DNA of 64,000 bases from an uncultured Chloroflexia bacterium (GTDB lineage Bacteria; Chloroflexota; Anaerolineae; DAOTYC01), in assembly GCA_963843645.1 (NCBI GenBank), contig CAWJLE010000002.1:189909-253908 (forward strand). The letters run 5' to 3'. This document shows positions 46,873-58,720 of the stretch, in pieces. Below the pieces are notes generated by a model. That model did not search any database. It saw nothing but the letters and a program-made list of their open reading frames with translations, and had not been told where the DNA came from. The position numbers and the translations under genes were made by a program. Numbering within the stretch: the first letter of the stretch is position 1; each line of letters starts with the position of its first letter.

Positions 46873-47470
46873 TTCTTCCTCCTTCGTAGAAGAACCCTTG
46901 CTCTGTCTGGTCCGGTTGCCTGCCGGCCGTGGGATCGGCCGCAGGACGGGTATGGGTGGCTAACCACGGCGTGGAACAGCCCGTCAGTGGGGTGTTGCGA
47001 TCACCTCCCTTCAGCTCTGTGAATGAGAGCCGGGCCGGCCGGTGGCGCCCCATTCGCGGGACCACCTGCCGGGACGGCGGTGTAAGTTGGCGGCTGAGAA
47101 ATCGAGATCACGATTATTATAATCCAGTGATCGATGGCCGTCAAGGGCTTTTGCGCAAATTTGCAGATATCATCCGTGGTGGGCCATCCGCGAATGAAAC
47201 GCGAGCGCCCACAATTCTAACGCGATTGCCCCTGCACGTCTCCCCGGAGGTTATTGACAAATGCTGCAGTACCATGCTATATTATTGCCATCAAATTGCT
47301 CCCCCAACTGGTCAACCCCCTCCAGGCTCCGAATCACGTGAGGAGGCTTGAGGGGACATAGCCGGCACCGTTGCCTGGCCGCTAAGCCCCACTCCGGCGG
47401 CGCGTTTTCTGTGAGACGTACGTCAGTGTTACTGGTATTGTCATCCGATCGAAAGGACGCGAAGCCAGAC

Positions 47471-48454
47471 ATGACTACCTCCGCCTTCTCCGGATTCATG
47501 AATCGCCATCGCGACTCAGCCCTGGATATCCTGTTCGTGTTCGTCGTGGTGCAGATCGGCTGCGTCGTGGCCGGACTGGCTTTCCCCGACACTTTCCACT
47601 ACCTTAGCCCGGCCAACATCTCGGTGCAGTTGAAATCCATCCCGGTGCTGGGCATCATCGCCCTGGGCGTCGGGGTGCTGATGATCTCCGGCGAGTTCGA
47701 TCTGTCGGTCGGCGCCAATTACACCTTCACGGCGATCGTTATGGCCACCATGGTGCAAGACGGCAAATCGGCCTTCATCGCGGCGCCGGTCGCGCTGATC
47801 ATCGGGGTGCTCATCGGGCTGCTCAACGGCTTCATCACCCTGCGGTTCAACATCCCGTCCTTCATTGCCACTCTGGGCGCCATGTTGTTCTGGAAGGGCA
47901 TGACCCTGCTGTACCACGGAGCCACGTCGTTCCGTTTCCGGCCCTGAGCAAGCCTTCACGGACCTGATGGCGGGCAGCCGTCGGACCACTGGAGGCGGCC
48001 TTCCTCTGGTTCGTCGCCCTGAGCCTGCTCTTCTGGGCGCTGCTGCATCATCACAAGCTGGGCAATCATTTCTACGCCGTGGGCGGCAATAAGGCGGCCG
48101 CCACCGCGATCGGCATCAACCCCGACCGGACCAAGATGATCGCATTCGGTTTGGCCGGCTTCTGCTCGGCGATGGCCGGCATCCTGGCCACCGCGCGGGT
48201 CGGCAGCATCCTGCCCGGCAGCGGCCTGGGTCTGGAGCTGCAGGCCATCGCCGCCTGCGTGATCGGCGGGCTGGCGCTGACCGGCGGGCGCGGGCACCAT
48301 CCTGGGCATCTTCCTGGGCGCGGCGTTCATGTACACCATCCAGGACGTCCTGCTGTTGGTACGCGCGCCCGGCTTCTACCTGGACATCTTCGTCGGCGTG
48401 CTGATCGTGGTGGCTGTGATCTTCAATGAAGTCGTTGGCCAGCACGGAAAGTGA
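47471..48454 (+). pseudogene. sugar ABC permease (RbsC family), at least two frameshifts (~47940, ~48290)
   Basis: Protein continues across three frames (47348.., 48079.., then …GTILGIFLGAAFMYTIQDVLLLV…). Confidence 0.65.
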
Positions 48455-48461
48455 GGAAGGT

Positions 48462-49245
<784 letters not shown>

Positions 49246-49452
49246 ACCGGGCGCCCCGCGGCTGCCGGCGTCAGGCAGCCGCACCATTCGTCCGAGGAAC
49301 CCCTGCAAGGGGGGCGAGAGGTTCGTGGGTCCGGCATGACGGCTCCATCAGCGTCGAAAGGAGGTGTCAGCGAAGACTATTATTGGGTTGAGACGTGGTC
49401 GATACTCAGGCATTCGGCGTATCTCCCATAACGAAAAAGGAGAAAGTGAAAG

Positions 49453-50424
49453 ATGCGGTCGAGTAAGATCATCAACCTGTTAGTCGTGGCGGCCCTGCTG
49501 CTCGGTGTGGTGGCCATGATTCAAGCGCCCACCGCCCAGGCGGCCGAACCCAAGCCGAAGATCACCCTCATCATCTACACCGCCGCCACCGTCGAGTTCT
49601 TCATCCCTGTCGTGAATGGCGCCAAAGAGGCCGCAGACATGTTTGGCGTGGACCTCGATATTCAGTACGGCGACAGTGATCCGGTCAAGCAGAACAATCT
49701 GATCGAGACCGCGGTCGCGAACAAGGTCAACGGCATCGCGGTCTCGATTCAGGACGACGATGCGTTCGACGAGAGCGTCGCCAACGCCATGAAGGCCGGG
49801 ATTCCGGTGGTCTCCTTCAACGTAGACGACTCGAAGGGCGCGGCCGGCAACGCGCGCATGGCCTTCATGGGCCAGGATTTCGTCGCGACCGGCTATCTGA
49901 TCGCGCAGCGCATGATCAAGGACCACAACATCGGCAAGGGTGACCTGGTCTTCACGCCAGTGGAATGGCCGGAAGCCGTGTATGCCACGCTGCGGTACGC
50001 CGGCGTCAAGAAAGCCCTGGACGAAGTCGGCGCCAAGTCGGAGATGATCGGCACCGGAGCGAACCTGCCGGACGTCCAGACCAAGGAAGTCCAGTATTTG
50101 CTCGGTCACCCCGAGACCAAGGCCATCATCGGCCTCGGTTCCTCGCCGCTGACGGTCGCCCCGAAAGCCATCGAAGAGGCGAAGATGAAGATCCCCCTCG
50201 GCGGCTTCGACCTGACGTCAGGATATCATCGACGGCATCGAGAACGGGACGATCACCGCCACCGTCGACCAGCAGCCGTATTCCCAGGGGTTCTACTCCG
50301 TGGCGCAGCTCGCCCTGTACCTGAAGTATGGCCTCTATCCGTCCGACATGAACACCGGCGGTCTGGGCCTCGTCGACAAGACGAACGTGGCCAAGGTAAA
50401 AGAGTTCGTCGGCAAGTACCGATA
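49453..50424 (+). pseudogene. sugar ABC substrate-binding protein, frameshift near 50220
   Basis: Signal peptide plus PBP fold. C-terminus (…DIIDGIENGTITATVDQQPYSQGFYSVAQLALYLKYG…) is in another frame. Confidence 0.65.
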
Positions 50425-50517
50425 ACTTCGACGATCAGGCCTCGGGGGACTCTCCGAGCCCACTGGCCGTTCGGCCAGCGGGCTGGAAGTCTCCTTACGT
50501 CGGGGAGAGAAGAAGCG

Positions 50518-51746
50518 ATGAATTTGCGAGAGCGGTTCCTCGAAGTCATGCAGTTCAACACGGGCGTGCATTCCATCAAGTGGGAATTCGGCTACTGGGG
50601 CGAAGTGCTGGACAACTGGTACGAGGCCGGCCTGCCCAAGCAGCATTATCCGGAGATCCCCGTCGGGCACAACCCCACGTCCGGGCTGTACCACGTCGCG
50701 TGGAAGTCGGTCAAGGGCGGCAGGCTGCCGAAAGGCATCGCCGTGATGGGCGGCGGCCTGTACTGGCCGACGCAGAGCTTCCCGATCGACCACGACGTGC
50801 GCGCCTACTTCGGGATGGACACGCCGCTCCGGCTGGTGGACGTGAACCAGATTTTCTACCCCAGTTCAAGGTCGAAGGTTCTGGAGGAAGACGAGAAGCA
50901 GATGGTCTACGTCGACCTGGACGGCGTCAAGCGGCGCTTCCTGAAGGCCACGGCGACCATGCCGTCCGGCGAAGGCTACCCCATCCGCGACCGGGCCACG
51001 TGGCAGAAGCTGAAAGAAGAGCGCTCAGGCATGGACAACTCACGGCCGCTTCCCGCCCAACTGGGACGAGCTGACGCAACGAATACCGCAACCGCGATTA
51101 TCCCCTGGCGCTGATGGGCTACCCACACGGTTTCTTCGGCATTCTGGCCAACCTGATGGGCTACGAGAACCTGTTCTACTCCTATCACGACGATCCGGCG
51201 CTGATCCACGACATCGTCAACACGTTCACTGAGCTGTGGATCGCCCTGTACGAGGAGGTGCTGCGGGACACGGACGTCGACTGCGTGCACATCTGGGAGG
51301 ACATCTCCTACGGCCGCGGCTCGATGATCTCGAAGGACGTCGTGCGCGAGTTCATGCTGCCGTACTACAAGCGCTTCACCGGCTTCCTGAAGGGCAAGGG
51401 CGTGAAGAACATCTTCGTCGACACAGACGGCGACTGCTGGGACCTGATCCCGCTGTTCATCGAGGGCGGCGCGACGGGCATGTACCCGTTCGAGACGGCT
51501 TGCGGCATGGACATCGTCAAGGTGCGCCGGACCTATCCGCAGCTCCAGATGATGGGCGGCATCCCCAAGTCGGACATCAGCCGGCGCGACCGCGTCGACG
51601 AGTTCCTGGGCCCCGTGGAAGAGGTCCTCAAGACGGGCGGATACATCCCCTACGGCGACCACTTCATCCCCCCGGACGTCACCTGGGACGGCTTCAAGTA
51701 CTATCGCACCCGCCTGAACGACCTGATCGACAAGTACGGGCAGTAG
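50518..51746 (+). pseudogene. URO-D-family protein (paralogue of 42412..43527), two frameshifts near 51030-51080
   Basis: N-terminal part MNLRERFLEVMQFNTGVHSIKWEFGYWGEV… and C-terminal part MGYPHGFFGILANLMGYENL…IWEDISYGRG… are in different frames. Confidence 0.6.
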
Positions 51747-51764
51747 GGGCGCCTGCTTGTTCAG

Positions 51765-53490
51765 AGCCGGCCCCCCGGACTTCTGTCATTCTGAGCTGCA
51801 ATATGGTCCGCGGCGGACCACTGATTGGGCAAGAAACAGACTCGCGGGCGGTGAGGTGTATGTGTATAATGGGGGGCGAGTTCAGACAGTTAAGACCGGC
51901 GCCTCATTGGTGCGCACGAGCCCGTCTCTGAGCTTGGTTCCGACTATTAGTGACTCATTGATTGGTGGCGTAGACCCCGGTTAGTAGCATTCCGAGTTCG
52001 TACGAGATAGTCGGGTCTGGACTCTGTGCAGCGAGATATTTAACCTAGAGTAGAGGTGAGTCCATGAGTCAGAAGACCAGTCGTCGCCCCCGCGTGGCGC
52101 CCGCCCCCGTGTTGGAACAGTTGAATCTCGATGCCGCCGGGCTAGATATCGGCGCCAGCGAGATCTACGCCTGTGTGCCGGGGGACCGGACCGACCAGCC
52201 GATTCGGGTGTTTCGCACGTATACGGCCAGCCTGCATGAGTTAGCCGATTGGCTGGCCCAATGTGGGATCAAAACCGTGGCGATGGAATCGACGGGCGTG
52301 TATTGGATCGCGGTGTACAACATCTTGGAAGCGCGTGGCTTCGAAGTCTATCTGGTCAATGCCCGCCACCTCAAGAACGTGCCAGGGCGCAAGTCGGATG
52401 TATCGGATTGCGAGTGGTTGCAGCAACTGCACAGTCACGGCTTGTTGCGGGCCTCGTTTCAGCCACCGGCCGAGATCTGTGCGTTGCGGACCCTGGCGCG
52501 CCAGCGCGAGAGCCTTATCAAGTCGCAGGCGAGCCATATTCAGCACATGCAGAAAGCGTTGCAAGTGATGAACGTCAAACTGAGCGAGGTCGTGTCGGAC
52601 ATCACGGGCCTGACCGGGCAGCGCATCATCCGGGCCATCCTGGCGGGCGAGCACGAGCCCGGCCGCTTGGCGCAGTTGCGTGACCCGAAGTGTGCCAAGA
52701 GCGAGGCGGAGTTCGCCCTGGCGCTGGCCGGCACCTACCAGTCCGAGCAGGTGTTCGTCCTGCAGCAAGCTGTGGCGCAATACGATTTCTTCCAGGGCCA
52801 ACTCCAGGAGTGTGATGCGCAACTGGAGGCCGTGTACGCCCAACTGCCACCGGCCACGCCGGGCGCCAACTGCCCGCCCCCAGCGGCCCGAACGACCAAA
52901 CGGCGCAAAAACCAAGCTCACTTTGATCTGTCGGGCCACCTGTATCAGCTGACCGGCGTGGACCTGACGGCCATTGATGGCCTGGGGGCCTTAACCGTCC
53001 ACACGATCATCTCCGAAGTGGGGGTCGACCTGACCAAATGGGAGACGGCCAAACACTTCACGTCCTGGCTCGGCCTGGCGCCGTGTCCGGAGAAATCGGC
53101 CGGCCAGGTCCTCCATACGGGCACCAAGAAGACCGACAACCGGGCCAATCAGGCCTTCCGCCTGGCCGCGCAGAGTGTGAGCCGCAGCCAGTCGTCGATC
53201 GGGGCCTGTTACCGCCGCTGGCGCGCCCGCTTTGGTGCCGCCGAAGCCATCACTGCCACGGCCCACAAATTGGCCCGCATCTTTTACAAACTGCTCAAGG
53301 ATCACGTGCCCTACAAGGATCCGGGCCCAGACGACTACGACCGCAAACACCGGGCCCGCACCATTCGCAACTTGGAACGCAAGGCCAGCGCCGTGGGTAT
53401 GCGCGTGGTACCGATCGACATACCTCTTGTTTCTTAGTAGGAGCGCCGTTCAGCGACGAAGAATGACAGAAGTCCGGGGGGCCGGCTCGC
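51765..53490 (+). mobile_element. IS110-family insertion sequence with short terminal inverted repeats
   Basis: GCCGGCCCCCCGGACTTCTGTCATTC at 51768 and its reverse complement GAATGACAGAAGTCCGGGGGGCCGGC at 53458 bracket the transposase gene. Confidence 0.75.
52064..53437 (+). CDS. IS110-family transposase
   Basis: N-terminal DEDD-type motif LDIGASEIYACV. C-terminal Transposase_20 motif …FTSWLGLAPCPEKSAGQV…. Confidence 0.9.
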   Translation: MSQKTSRRPRVAPAPVLEQLNLDAAGLDIGASEIYACVPGDRTDQPIRVFRTYTASLHELADWLAQCGIKTVAMESTGVYWIAVYNILEARGFEVYLVNARHLKNVPGRKSDVSDCEWLQQLHSHGLLRASFQPPAEICALRTLARQRESLIKSQASHIQHMQKALQVMNVKLSEVVSDITGLTGQRIIRAILAGEHEPGRLAQLRDPKCAKSEAEFALALAGTYQSEQVFVLQQAVAQYDFFQGQLQECDAQLEAVYAQLPPATPGANCPPPAARTTKRRKNQAHFDLSGHLYQLTGVDLTAIDGLGALTVHTIISEVGVDLTKWETAKHFTSWLGLAPCPEKSAGQVLHTGTKKTDNRANQAFRLAAQSVSRSQSSIGACYRRWRARFGAAEAITATAHKLARIFYKLLKDHVPYKDPGPDDYDRKHRARTIRNLERKASAVGMRVVPIDIPLVS

Positions 53491-53566
53491 CCCGTCCGGC
53501 AGACGACCGCCTGGTTGACAGACTCCGCCGTGCCATGTATAGTGTACCCGTCTCAGAACACAGGCA

Positions 53567-53600
53567 GACTTCCGAAGTTTTCAAAACTTCGGAAGTCTCA
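53567..53600. promoter_or_regulatory. GACTTCCGAAGTTTTCAAAACTTCGGAAGTC palindrome (site 3 of 5), 20 nt upstream of the FGGY kinase start
   Basis: Read directly. Confidence 0.45.
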
Positions 53601-53621
53601 TCAAACCTCGAGGATGAGCGA

Positions 53622-55160
53622 ATGACGAGGGGATACCTGCTGGGCATAGACGTGGGCACGTACGAATCGAAAGGCGTCATTACCACCCCGGAGGGGCAGG
53701 TGGTGGTCAGCGCGGCCGTGGGGCACGGGCTGTCGCTGCCGGGCCCCGGCCTGGTGGAGCAGGACGCCGACGAGGTCTGGTGGCATGATTTCGCCACGCT
53801 GTGCCGCGAGTTGCTGGGCCAGTCCGGGATCGATCCCAGGCAGATCCTGGGCGTCGGGCTGAGCGCGCTGGCCCCGTGCGTGCTGCCCATCGACGACGAC
53901 GGACGGCCGCTCCGTCCGGGCATCCTCTACGGCGTGGACACGCGGTCCGCGGCGGAGATCGCCGAATTGGAGTCCGAGCTGGGACGCGAGGCTATCTTCG
54001 CCAACAGCTGCCTGCACCTGTCGGCACAGTCGGCCGGCCCCAAGGTCCTCTGGGTCCGCCGCCACGAGCCGGACGTGTGGGCGCGCACTGCGACGATACT
54101 GACGACCAGCGGGTACCTGGTGTTCAAGCTGACGGGCGAGCGCATCCTGGACCACTACACGGCGGCCGCCTACCCGCCGCTGTACGACATCCGCAACGCA
54201 TGCTGGTCCGCCGATATGGCGCGGGCGATCACGCCGCTGGACCGGCTGCCGCGCCTGATCTGGCCCATGGACGTCGCCGGGACCGTCACGCCACAGGCCG
54301 CGGCCGAGACCGGCCTGGTGGCCGGCACGCCGGTCATCGCCGGGACCTCGGATGCGGGCTCCGAGGCGCTGAGCGCCGGCCTGTGCGAGATCGGCGACAT
54401 GATGATCATGTACGGCAGCAGCCTGGTGCTGATCCAGCGCACCGCCCACATGGTGAGCACGGAGAACCTGTGGCCAGGGCTCTACCTCGAGCGCGACACC
54501 TTCTCGCTGATCGCCGGCATGGGCACCACCGGCAGCCTCACCCGCTGGTTCCGCGACCTCTTCGCTCCGGCGGAGGTCGCCGCGGAGCGGGCCGGCGGCC
54601 CCAACGCGTATGGGATCCTGGCCGAGGAAGCCGCGCAGTCGCCGCTCGGGAGCAAAGGCCTGGTGCTGCTGCCCTACTTCGCGGGCGAGCGCACGCCGCT
54701 GAACGACTCGGAGGCGCGCGGCCTGTGGGTGGGCCTCACGCTGGCGCATACGCGCGGCGACCTGTTCCGCGCGGTGCTGGAAAGCGTGGCGTACGGCATC
54801 CGCCACAACATCGAGGTGATGCGCGCCCAGGGCGGGCCGGCGGCGCGGGTCGTGGTCATGGGTGGGGGCACGCGCAATCCGCTGTGGATGCAGATCGTCA
54901 GCGACGTCGCCGGCATCGAGCAGCACATCCCGGATCAGCACTACGGCGCCTGCTACGGCGACGCGCTCATGGCGGGCATCGGCATCGGGCTCTTCTCCGG
55001 CATCCACCACGCCACGAAGTGGGTGAAGTACCGCCAGGTGGTCGAGCCGAACCTGGAGGCCCACGAGCGCTATCAGCCCTACTTCGACATCTACCGCCGG
55101 CTCTACCCCGACAACGTCGCCGCCATGCACGAGCTGGCGCGCCTGGCGTGCCAGGGGTGA
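53622..55160 (+). CDS. FGGY-family carbohydrate kinase (xylulokinase/glycerol-kinase-like)
   Basis: YLLGIDVGTYESKGVI… N-terminal ATPase motif. FGGY C-terminal region …MGGGTRNPLWMQIVSDV…. Confidence 0.9.
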   Translation: MTRGYLLGIDVGTYESKGVITTPEGQVVVSAAVGHGLSLPGPGLVEQDADEVWWHDFATLCRELLGQSGIDPRQILGVGLSALAPCVLPIDDDGRPLRPGILYGVDTRSAAEIAELESELGREAIFANSCLHLSAQSAGPKVLWVRRHEPDVWARTATILTTSGYLVFKLTGERILDHYTAAAYPPLYDIRNACWSADMARAITPLDRLPRLIWPMDVAGTVTPQAAAETGLVAGTPVIAGTSDAGSEALSAGLCEIGDMMIMYGSSLVLIQRTAHMVSTENLWPGLYLERDTFSLIAGMGTTGSLTRWFRDLFAPAEVAAERAGGPNAYGILAEEAAQSPLGSKGLVLLPYFAGERTPLNDSEARGLWVGLTLAHTRGDLFRAVLESVAYGIRHNIEVMRAQGGPAARVVVMGGGTRNPLWMQIVSDVAGIEQHIPDQHYGACYGDALMAGIGIGLFSGIHHATKWVKYRQVVEPNLEAHERYQPYFDIYRRLYPDNVAAMHELARLACQG

Positions 55161-55169
55161 TGGGCCCGC

Positions 55170-55325
55170 CGGCGTGTTCCAGGGCGACCGAGGTCGCGGC
55201 TGGACTACGAAGCCCGCCTCCGCGGGCTAACGGCAACGGAAATGCAACGTTTCCTGCCATTGCCGTTAGCCCGCGGAGGCGGGCTTCGTAGTCCAGCCGC
55301 GACCTCGGTCGCCCTGGAACACGCC
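55170..55325. repeat. MITE-like palindromic repeat, family P1 copy
   Basis: …GGTCGCGGCTGGACTACGAAGCCCGCCTCCGCGGGCTAACGGCAACGG… palindrome. Confidence 0.75.
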
Positions 55326-55384
55326 GGGCGGTCCGCGCCATCTGTGGCACCGTCGCCTTGGACCAAACGATGCCCGCGGGGTGA

Positions 55385-55417
55385 GACTTCCGAAGTTTTC
55401 GAAACTTCGGAAGTCCT
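55385..55417. promoter_or_regulatory. GACTTCCGAAGTTTTCGAAACTTCGGAAGTC palindrome (site 4 of 5)
   Basis: Read directly. ~110 nt upstream of gene 55527. Confidence 0.45.
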
Positions 55418-55526
55418 GGTTACACTCGAATACGCGAATACCCTTGTACCCCCTGCCGGTTTGTGGTATACTGTGAGCAACGGTGCCCCTTGGAGCCGCG
55501 TCCGTCTTGGCCTACGTTACAGTTGA

Positions 55527-57005
55527 ATGAAAAAGCCGACGATGCATCGATTGGTCGATTGGAAGGCGCATTACGCCGCAGCCCTGAGCGCCGCCGAGGC
55601 GCAGGGGAAGCGGGAATCCCGGATCGCCTGCGGATTCACCAACAACGTCGACGTCCTCCTGAAGCTCGACGGCGACACGCGGCGCGTGCTGCAGGCGATT
55701 GCGTCCGCCGAAGGGCCGCTGGGTCGGCTGCCGGACCGCATTCGAAACCCCGCGGATCTGCTGGACAGTCTGTGGCACCACATGTCCGCCGGCACCGGCG
55801 ACGTGATGGCGATCGATTCGGCCGGGATGGCGCAGTGGATGGAGGACCGTTTCCACGGTCCCTTGCAGCTGGGCGGCACCGGCGCGCAGGCGGCCAACAC
55901 GCTCGCCCACCTGGGTTATCCGTCCTTGCTGCACGTCACCCGGCTGTCCGCGATCGACGCCGGCGTGTATGCGGACGGCGCCAGCGGCGACCACATCGTC
56001 GTCGCCACCGCGGAGGGGCTCCGGCCCCTGGCGCAGGCGGTCCGCGCGGCCGATCGGCCCACGTATCACTTCGTGTTCGAATACCAGACGGGCGACGAGC
56101 TGCGCGTGGGCGAACGTGCCGTCACCGCGGCCCGGGCCAACCGCATCATCACGGGCTACGATCCGATCAACGCCGTGCTGCCCATCGATCCCCTGTTCAT
56201 GAAAGCCGTCGCCGACCCTGATTCGCGGGTCGATCGTGTTTTGATCTCCGGCTACACCGACCTGAAGGATACGGACGTGGCCCGCGCGCGCATCGCCGAA
56301 ACCGTCGCCTATCTGCACGATCTGCGTCAGCAGCGCCCGGAGCTGCTGTTTCACCTGGAGATGGCGTCGGTCACCGAGGCTGCCGTGATGCGCCCGATCC
56401 TGGACGAGATGGCGCCGCACGCCGATTCCGTCGGCCTGAACGACCAGGAGCTGGCCCTGGCGGCCGAGGCCTGGGGCTGGCCCGAACCCGCAACGCTGGA
56501 CGAGCGCCTCGCCACGCTGCACCGCATGCGCGAGCGGCTGGGCCTGTACGGGAGGGAGACCGGGCAACCACCGGGCGTAGGGGCGACCCTGTGTGGTCGC
56601 CCGCCCGATGGACGGCCGTCCCCCGCCGGCATTCGGCGTGTCAGCATGCACACGCAGGATTACTGCCTGACGCTGACCGACGGCGACGCGGCGGCCGAGC
56701 GGAATGCCCTGCTGTTCGCGTCGCTGGTGGCCGGCACGCGGGCGCGGCTGGGGCGGTTCCCTACGGGGCCGGACCTGCACCAGACGCTCGCGGCCGCGGC
56801 GCCCGGCGAGGCGGGGCTCGAGGCGGAGGAGCAGCTGGCGGGCCGAGTGGGCCTGCACGAGGGTATCGGTCGATACGAAGGCGCGACGCTCGTGTTCGCG
56901 CCGACTTTGAGCGTGTCCCATCCCGCGGGCACCGTGGGCCTGGGCGACAGCTTCACTGCCGGCGTTCTCGTCTTCCTCGACGACAGCCGGCTGCACGGGA
57001 ATTGA
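55527..57005 (+). CDS. ADP-dependent glucokinase/phosphofructokinase-family (ribokinase-superfamily) sugar kinase
   Basis: LQLGGTGAQAANTLAHLG, …SVGLNDQELALAAE… (NxxE motif) and C-terminal GLGDSFTAG match ADP_PFK_GK-type motifs. Confidence 0.55.
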   Translation: MKKPTMHRLVDWKAHYAAALSAAEAQGKRESRIACGFTNNVDVLLKLDGDTRRVLQAIASAEGPLGRLPDRIRNPADLLDSLWHHMSAGTGDVMAIDSAGMAQWMEDRFHGPLQLGGTGAQAANTLAHLGYPSLLHVTRLSAIDAGVYADGASGDHIVVATAEGLRPLAQAVRAADRPTYHFVFEYQTGDELRVGERAVTAARANRIITGYDPINAVLPIDPLFMKAVADPDSRVDRVLISGYTDLKDTDVARARIAETVAYLHDLRQQRPELLFHLEMASVTEAAVMRPILDEMAPHADSVGLNDQELALAAEAWGWPEPATLDERLATLHRMRERLGLYGRETGQPPGVGATLCGRPPDGRPSPAGIRRVSMHTQDYCLTLTDGDAAAERNALLFASLVAGTRARLGRFPTGPDLHQTLAAAAPGEAGLEAEEQLAGRVGLHEGIGRYEGATLVFAPTLSVSHPAGTVGLGDSFTAGVLVFLDDSRLHGN

Positions 57006-57126
57006 TATGAGGAGGTGATGCCCATACCCCAATCGTGTCCATTTTCGAATCCATATTTGGCGGACAATCGATAGCTGTCAGTTGGCCGGCCGCTTTTAGC
57101 TCGTTCACTGATGAAAGGAGCTTCCC

Positions 57127-58488
57127 ATGTCCGACCTGAAGGAAACTCGTGTCAGCCGTCGTACGTTCCTAAAAGGCTCAGCCGGCGCGATTGCCGCGGC
57201 CCTCGCCGCCTCGTCGCTGCCGTCCCTGGCCCAAGCCGCCGAGATGACCCGCAGCAAGTATGAGATCCCGCACGTCGCTCAGACGGTCACTCTGCGTTGG
57301 ATCGAGTGGATCACACCCGAAATCTCCGAAGAGAAGATGCAAACCGTGCTGAAGGGCTTCGCGGCCACCGATGCGGGCAAGAACATCACGATCGAGCGGA
57401 TCTCCATGCCGTTCGCGCAGATTCACGACACGGTCGTGGCCCAGCACCTGGCCAAGAAGACCCCGGACATCCTGAACATGAACGGCCCGTGGCAGGTGGA
57501 GTTCGCCGACATGGGGATTCTGGAGCCCCTGGACGGCTACCTGGCCAAAGAGACCAAGGACTGGGTCGACGCCCTGGTCAAGGGCCCGATGCAGCCCTGG
57601 AAGGGCAAGATCTACCTGGTTCCCCTCACTTCCATTCCGTTCTTGCTCTACTACAACGAGACGAAGCTGGCCGATGCCGGCCTGACCGCGCCGCCCGCGA
57701 CCTGGGCCGACGTCGAAGCCATGGCGCCCAAGCTGACCGATCCGGCCAAGAACACCTATGCCTTCGCCTCCGGCATGGCGGCGAAGTCGCCGTACAACGG
57801 CCCGGAAATCGAGCTGTTCCCGCTGATCTACCAGGAGAACGACACGGTCCTGAAGAACGGCATGCCGAACCTCACCTCGCCGGCCGCGCTCAAGGCGCTG
57901 ACGTTCTACCTGCACCTGGTCAACGACCTGAAGGTCTACGCGCCGGGCGTCACGACCAACATCGAGAAGGACAAACTGGAGGCCTTCGGCGCGGAGCAGA
58001 CGGCGCTGATGGACAGTAACGTCGCGCACGTGACGGTGCTCGAGCAGCGCAACGCCGCCCTCAAGTTCAACCTGGCGCCGCTGCCGTCCGACGCCACGTT
58101 CGGCACCGTGCTGACCGGCTGGAACACGTCCATGTCGGCCACCTCCGCGGACAAGTCGGCGGCCTGGGAGTTCGTGCGCTACCTGGCCGGACCCGACGGG
58201 AACACGCTGATGACGCTCGCGGCGAAGCACCTGCCCGGCAACAACATGGACGACGTGAGCGAGATGGTCAAGGCCGAGCCGCGGCTCCAAGTCCCGCTGG
58301 ACATCCTGAAGAAGGGCCGCGTCTTCATGGAGGCGGCGGCCATGCCCAACCAGACGGAGTGCGCGCGCATCTTCACCGAGCAGGTCGTCGAGGCGCTCAG
58401 CGGCAACAAGAGCGCCGAGGAGGCGCTGAAGTACACCAACGACGAGTGGGTGAAGATCTTCGAGGCCGCCGGCATGAAGGCGTCCTGA
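57127..58488 (+). CDS. extracellular solute-binding protein (family 1 sugar ABC SBP) with Tat signal
   Basis: SRRTFLKGSAGAIAAALAASSLPSLAQA twin-arginine signal. AAGGAG RBS. Confidence 0.9.
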   Translation: MSDLKETRVSRRTFLKGSAGAIAAALAASSLPSLAQAAEMTRSKYEIPHVAQTVTLRWIEWITPEISEEKMQTVLKGFAATDAGKNITIERISMPFAQIHDTVVAQHLAKKTPDILNMNGPWQVEFADMGILEPLDGYLAKETKDWVDALVKGPMQPWKGKIYLVPLTSIPFLLYYNETKLADAGLTAPPATWADVEAMAPKLTDPAKNTYAFASGMAAKSPYNGPEIELFPLIYQENDTVLKNGMPNLTSPAALKALTFYLHLVNDLKVYAPGVTTNIEKDKLEAFGAEQTALMDSNVAHVTVLEQRNAALKFNLAPLPSDATFGTVLTGWNTSMSATSADKSAAWEFVRYLAGPDGNTLMTLAAKHLPGNNMDDVSEMVKAEPRLQVPLDILKKGRVFMEAAAMPNQTECARIFTEQVVEALSGNKSAEEALKYTNDEWVKIFEAAGMKAS

Positions 58489-58545
58489 TCCCGTGCGTCG
58501 ACAGGGCCAGCGCCCGCCCGATGGGCGCTGGCCTCCTGGATGACC

Positions 58546-58700
58546 TCCCTCCACGCAGGGGGACCTCTCTCCCGCCTCGGCGGACCCCTCTCCCACCCTC
58601 TCCCCCACAGGGAGAGAGGAGAACATCAACAGCATGGCTCCTCTCTCCCTGTGGGGGAGAGGGTGGGAGAGGGGTCCCCCTGCGTGGAGGGGTTCCGACC
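58546..58700. repeat. MITE-like palindromic repeat, family P3 copy (intercistronic)
   Basis: …CTCTCCCACCCTCTCCCCCACAGGGAGAGAGGAGAAC… palindrome. Confidence 0.75.
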
Positions 58701-58720
58701 ACAACACAAGGATACCCGTG

